Shown: piece by piece, positions 26,451 through 36,846 of the stretch
Layout: every line of letters begins with the position of its first letter
How positions within the stretch are numbered: position 1 is the first letter of the stretch
NCBI GenBank assembly: GCA_023436115.1
Contig: JAEZKQ010000024.1
Coordinates: forward strand, 42,788-106,787
Reading direction: 5' to 3'
DNA from: Bacillota bacterium
GTDB taxonomy: Bacteria; Bacillota; Clostridia; Christensenellales; SZUA-584
Length of the DNA: 64,000 nucleotides
Position numbers and translations under genes: made by a program
Notes under the pieces: generated by a model
The model's input: the letters and a program-made list of their open reading frames with translations, nothing else
Database searches by the model: none
What the model was told of the DNA's origin: nothing

Positions 26451-28367
26451 TCAAGTTAACTCATGTGCCTGTTCCCAAGACAGCATGAGTGTGTCAATTT
26501 CTGTCTGGAGACACTCGTAATCACCGGAAAGCGCTGCAATCTGTTCACTGTCCATATGCGACGGATCGGCAAGCTGCGCTTCTATTTTGGCAAGCTGTTC
26601 TTCGGCCTGCGTGATATCATTCTCAATTTGCTTAATACGCTTTTTGGCTTCGCGTTGGGCCTGTTCTTTTTCCTTCTCCAGCCGTTTTTGTTTGACAGCC
26701 GCTGTTTTGGTGATACCCGTATCGGCTGTATCCTCCGGCATGCGCAAGCGCTCCAGCGCGTTTAAGTAATCGCTCCAATTGCCGCTGTATGAGCGAAGCG
26801 TCTCGTCTTTGAGCTCCAGCACACGCGTGGCGACCTTGTTTATAAAATAGCGGTCGTGGCTGACAAAGAGCACAGTCCCGTCATAGTGGCACAGCGCGTC
26901 TTCCAGCATCTCGCGGCTGTTCATATCCAGGTGGTTTGTCGGCTCGTCGAGCAGCAGCAGATTATCCTGCCCCAGCATGAGCTTGAGCAAAGACAGCCGA
27001 CCCTTCTCTCCGCCGGACAACGCCGATACGGGCTTGAAAACATCGTCGCCGAAAAACAGAAATGATGCCAGCTTACTGCGTAATTCCCCGTCCGACATTG
27101 CCGGATAATCTCCGCGCATCTCTTCAATGACAGTATACCGACTGTTTAAATTCTCCTGCATCTGATCGTAATATCCGATAGAAATGCCTGTTCCGGTCAA
27201 TATCTCACCTCTATTTGGTGCCAGCCGCCGTGCGGCAATACGCAGCAGGGTTGTTTTCCCAACGCCGTTTGGCCCCACAAGCGCGGCGCGCTCCCCCTTA
27301 TAAAGGTGCAGGCTGATATCGGAAAACAAAACCGGCGCGCCCGGCCAGGCCATCAAGACACTGTCCAGCATCAATACATCGCTGCTGCCGCGAGACGACG
27401 TGTTCAGACGCAATGATATACGCCCCTGCTCGCTCTCAGGCCTGTCCACCTTTTCCATTTTATCGAGCAACGTTTGACGTGCCTGGGCTTTGATAAAGTT
27501 CTTACCTCCGCCGATGCGCCCCCAAGTCGTATACTGATCGATAACTTTTTGCTGGCGGGCAATCTCGCGCTGGTTATGCTCGTACGCTTTTTGCTGCAGT
27601 CGGCGCTTTTCCTCACGCTGCGCCATATAAGCGGTGTAGTTACCGATATATGTATCAATTCTACCGCTGTGCAGCTCGGCAATATGCGTGCATGTCTGAT
27701 CGAGAAACCACCTGTCATGCGATACGAGCACCACGGCGCCTTTCCATGTTTTCAAATACCCTTCGAGCCAGCATACCGCATCGGTATCAAGGTGGTTGGT
27801 GGGTTCGTCAAGCAGCAGCAGATCGGGTTTTTCCAGCAGCAGCTTCGCAAGCATCAGCCGCGAGCGCTGACCGCCGGAAAGTGTGTTGACCGCACGTTCA
27901 TAAATTTCTTCATTAAGCCCAAGGCCTTTAAGGACACCGTTTATGGCGCTTTTGTATCCGTAGCCGCCTGCTTCCTCGAAAGCCTGAGTCGTTTCCTCAT
28001 ATTCACGCGAAATGCGCTGCCAAGCTGGCGTATCCTCCGCCGCCGCTTCCATGTCGTGTTCCAGCTCACGCATGCGTTCTTCCAGCGCAAAAGCGCGGCT
28101 GAATACCTCCAGCATGGTATTCCAGACCGTTTCCTGTGTACCTTCGGATACTTCCTGTTTCAAATATCCGGCGGCTGCCGGCATGCTGATCGTACCGTCG
28201 TCGGCCGTCAATTCGCCGCAAATAATACGCAGAAGTGTTGTTTTGCCAGCGCCGTTGGGACCCACAAGCCCCATGCGCATATCATCTGTCAGCGTCAGAG
28301 AGACGCTTTCCAGCACTGTATCGGCGCCAAAACTTTTGGCTATATCTTTAAGCGACAAAGCAATCAT
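26451..28367 (-). CDS. ABC-F family ATPase (Uup/YdiF-like, C-terminal coiled coil)
   Basis: Two Walker A sites (GPNGAGKTT, GPNGVGKTT) and two LSGG signatures. No TM segments. Confidence 0.9.
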   Translation of the reverse strand: MIALSLKDIAKSFGADTVLESVSLTLTDDMRMGLVGPNGAGKTTLLRIICGELTADDGTISMPAAAGYLKQEVSEGTQETVWNTMLEVFSRAFALEERMRELEHDMEAAAEDTPAWQRISREYEETTQAFEEAGGYGYKSAINGVLKGLGLNEEIYERAVNTLSGGQRSRLMLAKLLLEKPDLLLLDEPTNHLDTDAVCWLEGYLKTWKGAVVLVSHDRWFLDQTCTHIAELHSGRIDTYIGNYTAYMAQREEKRRLQQKAYEHNQREIARQQKVIDQYTTWGRIGGGKNFIKAQARQTLLDKMEKVDRPESEQGRISLRLNTSSRGSSDVLMLDSVLMAWPGAPVLFSDISLHLYKGERAALVGPNGVGKTTLLRIAARRLAPNRGEILTGTGISIGYYDQMQENLNSRYTVIEEMRGDYPAMSDGELRSKLASFLFFGDDVFKPVSALSGGEKGRLSLLKLMLGQDNLLLLDEPTNHLDMNSREMLEDALCHYDGTVLFVSHDRYFINKVATRVLELKDETLRSYSGNWSDYLNALERLRMPEDTADTGITKTAAVKQKRLEKEKEQAQREAKKRIKQIENDITQAEEQLAKIEAQLADPSHMDSEQIAALSGDYECLQTEIDTLMLSWEQAHELT

Positions 28368-28457
28368 GCCGAATCCTCCAAAAAAACTTAAAGCCCATTA
28401 TAACTGAAACGCATACAAAAATAAAGCACACAGCCTTTATGTGACATGTATGTAACG

Positions 28458-29144
28458 TTATAGTTGAAAAATAGTGAAAGGATCAAAATCCGGCTTCGCA
28501 GAAAAACAAAGCTTTTCACCTGTGGTCAGGTGGTTAAAGCCGATTTGTTCGGCAAACAGCGCAAGCGGCGCTTTCACATCACGGGGGCCGTATTTCATAT
28601 CCCCGTAGACAGACGCGCCAACCGCATTCAATTGGGCGCGTATCTGGTGAAACCGTCCGGTCAGCAGCTGGATGCGCACAAGATACAGACTATTCTTTTG
28701 ATCCAGCAGCACATAGTTAAGCCCGGCTTTTTTTGCGCCCGGCGTATGTTCACTTACCACATGTGCCGTATGCGTTCTCTCGTCCTTTTTAAGATAATGC
28801 CATAAAATGCCCTGTGTATCCGGCGGCGGCCCCGTCAGCACTGCCAGATACTTTTTTTCAAATAAACCGTCGCGAATCTGGGCTGACAGACGCGCGGCAG
28901 CCTTGGACGTGCGCGCAAAAACCATCACACCGCTCGTCGGCCTGTCCAAGCGGTGGACAAGACCCAAATAAACATTGCCCGGTTTTTGGTATTTTTCACC
29001 GATATAAGCTTTGCATAATGAGAGCATGTCCTTATCGCCCGATTCGTCAGCTTGTGAGGGTATGCCATACGGCTTTTGCACCACAAGCAGATGATTATCT
29101 TCATAGATCACTTTCACGCCTGCCACCTGGCTGTGGTGCCGCAC
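28458..29144 (-). CDS. RluA-family pseudouridine synthase
   Basis: Canonical HRLDRPTSGVMVFA and HQIRAQL motifs. Confidence 0.85.
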   Translation of the reverse strand: MRHHSQVAGVKVIYEDNHLLVVQKPYGIPSQADESGDKDMLSLCKAYIGEKYQKPGNVYLGLVHRLDRPTSGVMVFARTSKAAARLSAQIRDGLFEKKYLAVLTGPPPDTQGILWHYLKKDERTHTAHVVSEHTPGAKKAGLNYVLLDQKNSLYLVRIQLLTGRFHQIRAQLNAVGASVYGDMKYGPRDVKAPLALFAEQIGFNHLTTGEKLCFSAKPDFDPFTIFQL

Positions 29145-29962
29145 GGCAAATAAACGCTGGAATCCTGCTGCGGCAGAACAAGCGTATCCGAATCAATTCG
29201 TCCCTGCCCGCCCAGGCAAAGCGCAAGCATATTGCGTGTGACCACGTCGGAAAGGCCCGTGGTATACGAATTCACAATAAAGAAAAGCGGGTTATCGCTG
29301 AGCAGCTTCACGCAGTCCTGTATCAGCGGGAACAGGTTATCTTCTATCTTCCACACGCCGCTGGTGCTGCGTCCATACGATGGCGGGTCCATAACGATTG
29401 CGTCGTAAACGCTGCCCCGGCGTTGTTCTCGCAGCACGAATTTATGGCAGTCGTCCGCGATAAAGCGCACGGATCTATCCTCCAGCCCCGAGAGCTTCAC
29501 GTTTTCCTTTGCCCAATCGTTCATGCTCTTTGCCGCGTCCACATGCACAACAGACGCCCCTGCGGCGAGGGCCGCCAAGGTTGCCCCTCCCGTGTAGGCA
29601 AACAGGTTAAGCAGACGGACAGGGCGCGCTGCTTTACTAATGCTCTGTGCAATAAACTCCCAATTGACGGCTTGCTCCGGAAACACGCCGATATGCTTAA
29701 AGCCCGTGGGACGCACAAAAAATTTAAGCTGTCCGACTGACAGCGTCCACCGGTCGGGCACTTTTTTTATAAGCCGCCAGCTGCCGCCGCCTGTCTGGCT
29801 GCGGTCGTAAATGGCATGCGGATGCCAAAGCTTTGGGTTGCTGCGTTCCCAAATCACCTGCGGGTCGGGCCGCTGCAGCAAAATGCCGCCCACGTTCTCA
29901 AGTTTTTCTCCGCCGCCTGTATCGAGTACGGCATAATCTCCCGTTTGTTTTGCTATGTACAT
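29114..29962 (-). CDS. class I SAM-dependent rRNA methyltransferase (RlmI/RlmK-like)
   Basis: GGAGGA RBS before the ATG at 29962. LNLFAYTGGATLAA and DPPSYG motifs. Confidence 0.7.
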   Translation of the reverse strand: MYIAKQTGDYAVLDTGGGEKLENVGGILLQRPDPQVIWERSNPKLWHPHAIYDRSQTGGGSWRLIKKVPDRWTLSVGQLKFFVRPTGFKHIGVFPEQAVNWEFIAQSISKAARPVRLLNLFAYTGGATLAALAAGASVVHVDAAKSMNDWAKENVKLSGLEDRSVRFIADDCHKFVLREQRRGSVYDAIVMDPPSYGRSTSGVWKIEDNLFPLIQDCVKLLSDNPLFFIVNSYTTGLSDVVTRNMLALCLGGQGRIDSDTLVLPQQDSSVYLPCGTTARWQA

Positions 29963-30129
29963 GATCGTCCTCCGCATATCATGATACCATTGCCAAACGC
30001 TTTTTGAAAGACAAAGATCAAGTTATTACCATCGGTGCGGATGCTTAATTAACTCTTTACTATTTTAGCAAGCTAAATTATAATACACGTGTATTTCATT
30101 TTTACTACGAACAAGGAGGAACATATAAA

Positions 30130-31026
30130 ATGAAGAAATTGTTAATCACCATATTGGCTGTGATGATGGTATTGTCTTTCGCGGCATGTGCAGCGCCTGC
30201 CAACGAAGTCGATGTTGACATCGAAGAGACACAGACCGCCGAGGCGCCTGCAGAAGAACCGACTGAACCTGCCGCCGAAGAATCCAACGCTGCCGAAGAC
30301 CTGTCTTGGAAGTCTATTGAAGAGAAGGGTTCTTTTATCCTTGGTTTCGATCAGGCTTTTCCACCCATGGGCTTTAAAGACGATAACGGGGAATATGTCG
30401 GTTTTGATATCGACATGGCCAAGGAAGTGGCTTCGCGTCTTGGTCTTGAACTTAAACTGCAGCCGGTTGATTGGGAAGCCAAGGTAATGGAGATGGACAA
30501 TGGAAACGTCGATCTTATTTGGAACGGTCTTACAATCAATGAGAAGAATAAAAAAGGTATGCTTTTTTCCGAACCGTATATGAACAACCGACAGATTATT
30601 GTCGTTGCTGCGGATTCTGATATCACAAGCATCGCCGATCTCGCCGGCAAGTCGGTTGCTGCACAGATTGATTCGAGCGGTCTGGCTGCCATTGAGGCTC
30701 AGCCGGAGGTGATGGATACCTTTGGTGAACTCATACAAAGCCCCGACTACGTCTCTGCGTTCATGGAGCTAAAGCAGGGAACAGTCGATGCTGTTGTGGT
30801 CGACGAAATTTTCGGCAAATACTATATCACTCAAGAAAATGCGACTAATGTTTACAAAGTTCTTGATGATAGCTTTGGTGATGAGCAATATGGTATTGGA
30901 TTCCGTATGAATGATATTGCTTTTAGGGATAAAATTCAGGAAACCATCAATGCTATGATAGCGGATGGAACCGCTGCAGAAATATCTAATAAGTGGTTTA
31001 GTGACAATATCGTTATCGGAGGCTAA
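30130..31026 (+). CDS. amino-acid ABC transporter substrate-binding lipoprotein
   Basis: Lipobox LSFAAC and family-3 SBP motifs. Confidence 0.85.
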   Translation: MKKLLITILAVMMVLSFAACAAPANEVDVDIEETQTAEAPAEEPTEPAAEESNAAEDLSWKSIEEKGSFILGFDQAFPPMGFKDDNGEYVGFDIDMAKEVASRLGLELKLQPVDWEAKVMEMDNGNVDLIWNGLTINEKNKKGMLFSEPYMNNRQIIVVAADSDITSIADLAGKSVAAQIDSSGLAAIEAQPEVMDTFGELIQSPDYVSAFMELKQGTVDAVVVDEIFGKYYITQENATNVYKVLDDSFGDEQYGIGFRMNDIAFRDKIQETINAMIADGTAAEISNKWFSDNIVIGG

Positions 31027-31147
31027 TCTTAATGATTTTACAGGCAGGCTTTCCGTTTAAGCCTGCCTGTATTTACTTAACAATTTGCAATTGCTTTTAC
31101 TTCATGCTATTAGAAGCGTTTGCAAATTGTTAAATCAGGAGTGGGTT

Positions 31148-31810
31148 ATGGAATATTTTCAGGATTTAAGTAAGCTTGGTAGCCTGCTTGAGCAAATGCT
31201 TGGCGGTACGTTAATCACGTTGGAAGTCTGGGCATTTACTCTCTTGTTTGCGCTCCCTTTGGGGCTGCTAATATGTCAAATGCGCCTTTCGAAGAACCGA
31301 GTTTTGGGCGGAATCTCTAAAGCGTACATATTTTACTTTCGTGGAACGCCATTGATGCTTCAGTTGTTATTTATGTATTTTGGTGTGCCATTATTGCTGG
31401 GTATTAAGCTCGATAGAGTTTTTGCAGCCATACTTGCTTTCATTCTTAATTATGCAGCTTATTTTTCTGAGATTTACCGCGGTGGCATTCAGTCCATTCC
31501 AAAGGGCCAATACGAAGCTGCTCATGTTCTTGGACTTTCCGGCAAAGTAACTTTTGCTAAAATTATATTACCGCAAGTCATCAAGCGTATACTTCCGCCA
31601 ATGGGAAACGAAGTGATAACACTTGTGAAAGATACGGCTCTGATTTATGCTTTGGCGATCAATGAGCTGCTAATGGAAGCCAAGATTGCGGTTATGCGCG
31701 AAAGCACGATCATTCCGTTTGTGGTCGCCGCGATATTCTATCTTGTCATGACGGGTCTTCTGACAAGGCTTTTATCAGTGACTGAGCGCAAGTTCTCGTA
31801 TTACAGGTAG
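31148..31810 (+). CDS. amino-acid ABC transporter permease
   Basis: AGGAG RBS and a HisM/GlnP-type EAA-loop region. Confidence 0.85.
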   Translation: MEYFQDLSKLGSLLEQMLGGTLITLEVWAFTLLFALPLGLLICQMRLSKNRVLGGISKAYIFYFRGTPLMLQLLFMYFGVPLLLGIKLDRVFAAILAFILNYAAYFSEIYRGGIQSIPKGQYEAAHVLGLSGKVTFAKIILPQVIKRILPPMGNEVITLVKDTALIYALAINELLMEAKIAVMRESTIIPFVVAAIFYLVMTGLLTRLLSVTERKFSYYR

Positions 31811-31820
31811 GGAGATTATT

Positions 31821-32576
31821 ATGCTGAAAGCAACGAACATAAAAAAGAATTTTGGTAAGCTCGAGGTGCTTAAAGGCGTAGACCTTGAGGTGCATAAAGG
31901 CGATGTGATCGCCATCATCGGGCCGTCCGGCTCGGGGAAAAGCACTTTTCTGCGCTGCATCAATCTGTTGGAAACGGTAGACGGCGGCAGCCTCGAGATA
32001 GACGGCGAGTATCTATTCCGTCAGGAAGGCCACAAGACGCATTATGCCGACCCTACTAAGAAGCGCATACTGCGCAAGAAGCTGGGCATGGTGTTTCAGG
32101 ATTTTAATCTTTTCCCGCACTTAAGCGTGATGCAAAACCTTATGCTCGCACCTTTGCAGGAGGATAACGCCGACAAACAGGCCATCGAAGACAGCTGCCG
32201 TGAACTGCTCAATAAGGTTGGGCTTTCAAGCAAGGAGAGAAGCTATCCGTGTGAACTGTCCGGCGGGCAGCAGCAGCGTGTGGCGATTGCGCGCGCATTG
32301 GCGCTTCGCCCCGAGATACTGTGTTTCGACGAGCCCACATCCGCGCTGGATCCGGAGCTGACAGGCGAGGTTTTGTCCGTCATGAAGCAGCTGGCGGGCG
32401 AGCATATGACCATGGTCGTCGTCACGCACGAAATGGGATTTGCGGGCGAGGTGGCCAACGAAGTGGTGTTCATGGATGAAGGCCTCGTGGTGGAACGCGG
32501 TACACCCTCCGAGGTGCTGCGCAATCCGTCTCAGCAGCGCACGCGTGATTTCATGAGCAAGCTGCTGACGGTTTGA
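31821..32576 (+). CDS. amino-acid ABC transporter ATP-binding protein
   Basis: [24 protein letters not shown], and Walker B FDEPTSALD. Confidence 0.9.
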   Translation: MLKATNIKKNFGKLEVLKGVDLEVHKGDVIAIIGPSGSGKSTFLRCINLLETVDGGSLEIDGEYLFRQEGHKTHYADPTKKRILRKKLGMVFQDFNLFPHLSVMQNLMLAPLQEDNADKQAIEDSCRELLNKVGLSSKERSYPCELSGGQQQRVAIARALALRPEILCFDEPTSALDPELTGEVLSVMKQLAGEHMTMVVVTHEMGFAGEVANEVVFMDEGLVVERGTPSEVLRNPSQQRTRDFMSKLLTV

Positions 32577-32709
32577 TTTTGTTATAAGGTTATTTTATCT
32601 GAGGGCGCTGCCCTCAGACTCCCGCCAAAGGGAGACATCCCTTTGGATACATGATTACTATTCCCAAATACATGCATTAGCTGATCTTTACATTCCCCTT
32701 CAACATCTT

Positions 32710-32979
32710 CTAGTTCAAATCTACTAATCTACTAATTATCCTTGGCGCGAAGTCATCAAGAAAACATGATAATAATATATATCTAAGGTTAGTTACCGAT
32801 TCCATCCAGTCCTTTCTATTTGAATTTTCATGAAATTCTTTGATAAATTGCGTACCACCTGAAGTTGGTATTACAGTCCATCCTTCGATAGTCATATTAA
32901 AATTATACATATGAAATACGGGAACCAACACATGTGCTTTAACTCTGAATGGCTGATAATTATTATTAATATTTTGCAT
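32710..32979 (-). CDS. orphan hypothetical protein in an AT-rich islet
   Basis: GAGGT lies 5 nt before the ATG. No family recognised. Composition is unlike the neighbouring genes. Confidence 0.4.
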   Translation of the reverse strand: MQNINNNYQPFRVKAHVLVPVFHMYNFNMTIEGWTVIPTSGGTQFIKEFHENSNRKDWMESVTNLRYILLSCFLDDFAPRIISRLVDLN

Positions 32980-33041
32980 TTGTTACCTCAATATAAAATT
33001 AACAATTCGACATATATATCCATTTTCCCCTGAAATGTAGA

Positions 33042-33073
33042 TAAAAAGCCATGCCGCGTCAACGGGATGGCTT
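33042..33073 (-). terminator. intrinsic terminator downstream of the efflux operon
   Basis: Minus-strand reading is AAGCCATCCCG...CGGCATGGCTT followed by TTTTAT. Confidence 0.55.
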
Positions 33074-33098
33074 AACTGCTAAATAACATCTAATTATT

Positions 33099-33217
33099 GT
33101 GGGCAAGTCGGGCTTTTGCCCGACTTGCCCACTCCTTACGGTTTTGCGATGTTTCAAGCTAACAAGGAACAAGCAAAACCGGTCAACTGGCGGAAAACCA
33201 TAGGTTTTTCGCCAAGC
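33099..33217 (+). repeat. structured intergenic repeat, copy B (partner at 8048-8176)
   Basis: Starts with a perfect 15-bp hairpin GTGGGCAAGTCGGGC-TTTT-GCCCGACTTGCCCAC. The remainder aligns with copy A. Confidence 0.65.
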
Positions 33218-33223
33218 GTAAGC

Positions 33224-34387
33224 CTATTCGTATCTCAGCGCGTCGATCGGCTTTAATGTGGCGGCCTTGTTGGCCGGATAAATACCGAACACCACACCCA
33301 CAAACGCCGAGAACCCCAGCGCGAGCGCAATCGTCCCGGCCGACATGCCCATGGATATCTCCATCGCCGTGCCGATCACCTGAAGGCCTAAGTAACTTAA
33401 ACCGATGCCGATAATGCCGCCCGCAACGGAGAGCACAACCGCCTCAACAAGGAACTGGGAGAGAATGTCCGTACGCTGTGCGCCGATGGCCTTTCGTATA
33501 CCGATCTCGCGCGTACGCTCGGTGACAGACACCAGCATGATGTTCATAATGCCGATTCCGCCTACAAGCAGCGATATCGCCGCAATACCGGAAAGCAGTA
33601 TCGTCATCACACCCATCACCTCGTTCATCACTTCGATGATCGAGCTTTGGTTGATTATGATATAATCCTCGTCATCACCCAACTCGCGTATCAGGAAGTC
33701 GTCCGTCGCATCCTCCGCCGCATCCACCATATCGGGAGACGCTGCGGACACATAGATCGTGCTAAATTCCTTGTTGGTAAACAGCCGCTGCGCCGTGGTC
33801 AGCGGTATCAATATCGTGGTATCCTTGTTGGCCAGCATCGTGTCCGACGCTTCCAGCAACCCCACCACTGTGAAATCATAGCCTTGTATCTCGAGCGTGT
33901 TGCCGATACAGTTTTCGGTGCCGAAAAGCTCATCCGCCACATCGATGCCGACCACGGCATTATACGTATGCGCCTCCACGTCGATATCACAGACAAAACG
34001 GCCCTGTTTAATCACCTGACCTGTGATCTGCTGATAGCTTTCCGTCACACCCTCCACATTATAATCGCCATCCTCCACACCCGCCGTGACGTTCGTCGTG
34101 CGGGAAACGATGCCTGTCACGCCGTATATGGACGGTTCCTCCTCAAGCTTAGCTAAATCGCTCATTGTGAGGTAAGATGGCTGTGTACCGGTCATGGATA
34201 CCTGCAGAAGGTTGGAGCCCAGGCTTTCGATCTGCCCCGTTATCTCGCCTGTCGCGCCCTGAACCACCGATATCAGCAGCGTCACGGCAATCACGCCGAT
34301 GATGATACCCAGCATCGTGAGAAACGAACGCATTTTGTTGCCCTTAAGAGCCATAAACGCCATTTTAAGCGCTTGTGAAAACTTCAT
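33224..34387 (-). CDS. MacB/FtsX-type ABC transporter permease
   Basis: MacB-like periplasmic domain followed by a C-terminal FtsX 3-TM block. Confidence 0.85.
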   Translation of the reverse strand: MKFSQALKMAFMALKGNKMRSFLTMLGIIIGVIAVTLLISVVQGATGEITGQIESLGSNLLQVSMTGTQPSYLTMSDLAKLEEEPSIYGVTGIVSRTTNVTAGVEDGDYNVEGVTESYQQITGQVIKQGRFVCDIDVEAHTYNAVVGIDVADELFGTENCIGNTLEIQGYDFTVVGLLEASDTMLANKDTTILIPLTTAQRLFTNKEFSTIYVSAASPDMVDAAEDATDDFLIRELGDDEDYIIINQSSIIEVMNEVMGVMTILLSGIAAISLLVGGIGIMNIMLVSVTERTREIGIRKAIGAQRTDILSQFLVEAVVLSVAGGIIGIGLSYLGLQVIGTAMEISMGMSAGTIALALGFSAFVGVVFGIYPANKAATLKPIDALRYE

Positions 34388-35076
34388 GCGATATCACCCC
34401 CGTTCGAGCTGTCATCACGTTCTAATTTACCGTCTTTGATATACAATCTCCGACTCGCCATCTTGGCCACATCAGAATCATGCGTGATCAGCAATATACC
34501 GCGGCCTTCGCGGTGCAGGCTGATAAGCATATTCATGATCTCTCTACCTGAATGCGAATCAAGGTTGCCTGTCGGTTCATCGGCCAATATCAGCGTGGGG
34601 TGCGTCGAAAGCGCCCGTGCGATTGCGACGCGCTGCTGCTGGCCGCCCGAAAGCTCGGTCGGACGGTGCGACATTCTGTCTGCAAGCCCCACCTTGGCCA
34701 GCGAATCTGTCACGCGCTTTTTTCTCTCGGAAAGCGGCAGCCCCTGATAGATAAGCGGCAGCTCCACGTTCTCATAAGCCGTAAGCTTACTGAGCAGATT
34801 AAACTGCTGAAAAATAAAACCGATCTCTTTATTGCGAATTTCACCAAGCTGTCGTTCCGTGTAATCGTCGATGAGCTGGTTGTTAAGCCAGTACTCGCCT
34901 TCGTCGGCCAGGTCCAGGCATCCGATGATATTCATCAGTGTCGATTTACCGCTGCCCGACGGCCCCACCACCGCGACAAATTCTCCGTCCTTGATGGTCA
35001 GCGACACACCGTCCAGCGCATGAACCTCCGCCTCGCCCATCTGATACGTCTTTTTAACGTTGCGCAGTTCTATCAT
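34384..35076 (-). CDS. MacB/LolD-type ABC ATP-binding protein
   Basis: GPSGSGKST and [15 protein letters not shown]. 4-nt overlap with the permease gene. Confidence 0.9.
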   Translation of the reverse strand: MIELRNVKKTYQMGEAEVHALDGVSLTIKDGEFVAVVGPSGSGKSTLMNIIGCLDLADEGEYWLNNQLIDDYTERQLGEIRNKEIGFIFQQFNLLSKLTAYENVELPLIYQGLPLSERKKRVTDSLAKVGLADRMSHRPTELSGGQQQRVAIARALSTHPTLILADEPTGNLDSHSGREIMNMLISLHREGRGILLITHDSDVAKMASRRLYIKDGKLERDDSSNGGDIA

Positions 35077-35088
35077 GCGTAGCGCCCC

Positions 35089-36696
35089 TTACTCTTCTGC
35101 AGCTAGCTTGCTGCTGCCGGCGCTTTCTTTGCCGATGTTTTCATTGCGGTTCCCGCCGCCCATGCCATTTCCGCCGCCCATTCCGTTTCCGCCACGGTAG
35201 CTCCACATCTGTTCTTGCAGGCTCTTCTCCTTGACTTGGGGCACAGCCACACGGTCTCCCTCATTTAAGCCTTCAAGAATCTGAATGTTGACCCCGTCTG
35301 TGACACCGGTGATCACCTTATGTGTCGCGGGTGTATAAGCAAGGTCCTTATTCACATCCGCCTCCAGAACAACGAATTTTTCTCCACCCAGTATCTGTAT
35401 TGCCTCAACCGGAATAATCAACGCATCCTGAGCCGACTGTGACACAATCTGCACATCCGCGCTCATGCCGATCATCACGTCCTGCGCATCTTCCAGCGAA
35501 AGCGTGACCGTATAGTTTGTGACATTGTTCTGCGAAACACCGATGGGATTGATCTTTAACACCTTTGCCGTATATGTCTTTTCCGGCAGCGCATCAAACG
35601 TGACAGAAGCCTCTTCGCCCACTTCGATACCCGCAATGTCGAGTTCATCGATATTTACATCGATTTTTACGGCATCGTTGCTCTTTACCTCAAAAAGCGC
35701 TGTTCCTTCCTGCACAAGCTGGTTTACCTTAAGAGACAAACCTGATACCACGCCATCTATCTGCGCCCGTACTGTTAAGTTCTCAATATCAAAGAGCACT
35801 TCCTCCAGATCCTTCTGAAGCTTCTCGCGCTGCTCTATCTGCGCATAAAGCGCGGATGAAAGGATCTCGCCTTCAAGGCTGAAAAGCTTATCGCCTCTTG
35901 AGACCTCATCTCCCACCTCTACGCTGACATCCTCAATGCTGCCCCCGCGGGCGCGCACATAAACCGGATTGGCGATGTTTACGGTGCCGCTGCCAACATC
36001 TGCGCCGTTTGCGTCTGTGACAAACGCTTCCTCGCCCAGCGTGAATCCGTCATCATGGAACTCCACGATGGCATAGCCCGCTTCAAAACCGGTTACAGTG
36101 CCTTGCATACTTTTTGTGCCCACCGTGACAGTCACTTTGTCTCCGATGAGGATACCTGCTTTATACGGTATATTCGTTGCCAGCAGCTCATCGGGGCATA
36201 TGAGCGCCATTGCACCGTCTCTCGTTACAACAGCATCCACACTGTCGCCTTCTTTGCCGTAAACCGCTTTAACGATACCGTCAGCGGGCGATATCACCTT
36301 ATCGCTGCCCGAGGACGCACGCATGGTCAGTATCATCGAATCTGTCTCGCTGATTTGCTGCTCTAAACTCAAGCGTTCGGTTTCAAGCGCATCACTTTCC
36401 AGCACAGCGATCACGTCGCCCGTGCTGACCACGTCACCGTTCTCTGCCAGCACCTCTTTCACAGTCCCCGTGAAGCCCGCATAAACGGTCTGATCGTGAA
36501 GCGGCTCGACGCTGCCCGCTCCCTTCACCTTCACCTCTATCGTTCCTTTTGTGACGTCGACAATATCATATGTCGTCTTGGCCATCTCCGCCATATTAGC
36601 CCTCATGCGCAAATACCCAAACACACCCAAGGCTGCTACCACCACGACGATTGCCAGTATGATGATTCTCTTCTTTTTACTCTTCTTTTTATTCAT
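35089..36696 (-). CDS. HlyD/MFP-family efflux adaptor, enlarged, with Gly/Asn/Met-rich tail
   Basis: N-terminal TM. Two lipoyl-like half-motif sets, a beta-barrel region, and a C-terminal GGNGMGGGNGMGGGN. Confidence 0.8.
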   Translation of the reverse strand: MNKKKSKKKRIIILAIVVVVAALGVFGYLRMRANMAEMAKTTYDIVDVTKGTIEVKVKGAGSVEPLHDQTVYAGFTGTVKEVLAENGDVVSTGDVIAVLESDALETERLSLEQQISETDSMILTMRASSGSDKVISPADGIVKAVYGKEGDSVDAVVTRDGAMALICPDELLATNIPYKAGILIGDKVTVTVGTKSMQGTVTGFEAGYAIVEFHDDGFTLGEEAFVTDANGADVGSGTVNIANPVYVRARGGSIEDVSVEVGDEVSRGDKLFSLEGEILSSALYAQIEQREKLQKDLEEVLFDIENLTVRAQIDGVVSGLSLKVNQLVQEGTALFEVKSNDAVKIDVNIDELDIAGIEVGEEASVTFDALPEKTYTAKVLKINPIGVSQNNVTNYTVTLSLEDAQDVMIGMSADVQIVSQSAQDALIIPVEAIQILGGEKFVVLEADVNKDLAYTPATHKVITGVTDGVNIQILEGLNEGDRVAVPQVKEKSLQEQMWSYRGGNGMGGGNGMGGGNRNENIGKESAGSSKLAAEE

Positions 36697-36846
36697 TGGG
36701 TTCCTCCAAATAAAATATCATAAATCGTAAATAACGCTTTTAATTTTGTTATTTAGCTATTTTACCAATTGTTGAGGGAAACAAACAACATGAATTAAGA
36801 TGCTTTACATAATATTCACATTGCTGATAGTTTTTTAGGGATTTAC

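Noticed and set aside
27474-28391. Long ORFs antisense to real genes. Examples are 27474-28391 and 28814-29740 (+), 14726-15217 (-), 19816-20475 (+) and 48511-48882 (-).
   Set aside because: They lie opposite or out of frame to genes with clear family motifs. They have Arg/Cys/His-rich low-plausibility translations and no RBS. These are shadow ORFs, typical of moderately GC-rich coding DNA.
26451-28457. The ABC-F protein as an antibiotic-resistance (ARE) factor.
   Set aside because: Its upstream region (28368-28457) is short, with no leader peptide or attenuator. A long C-terminal coiled coil fits housekeeping Uup/YdiF-like ABC-F proteins. This cannot be decided without a phylogeny.
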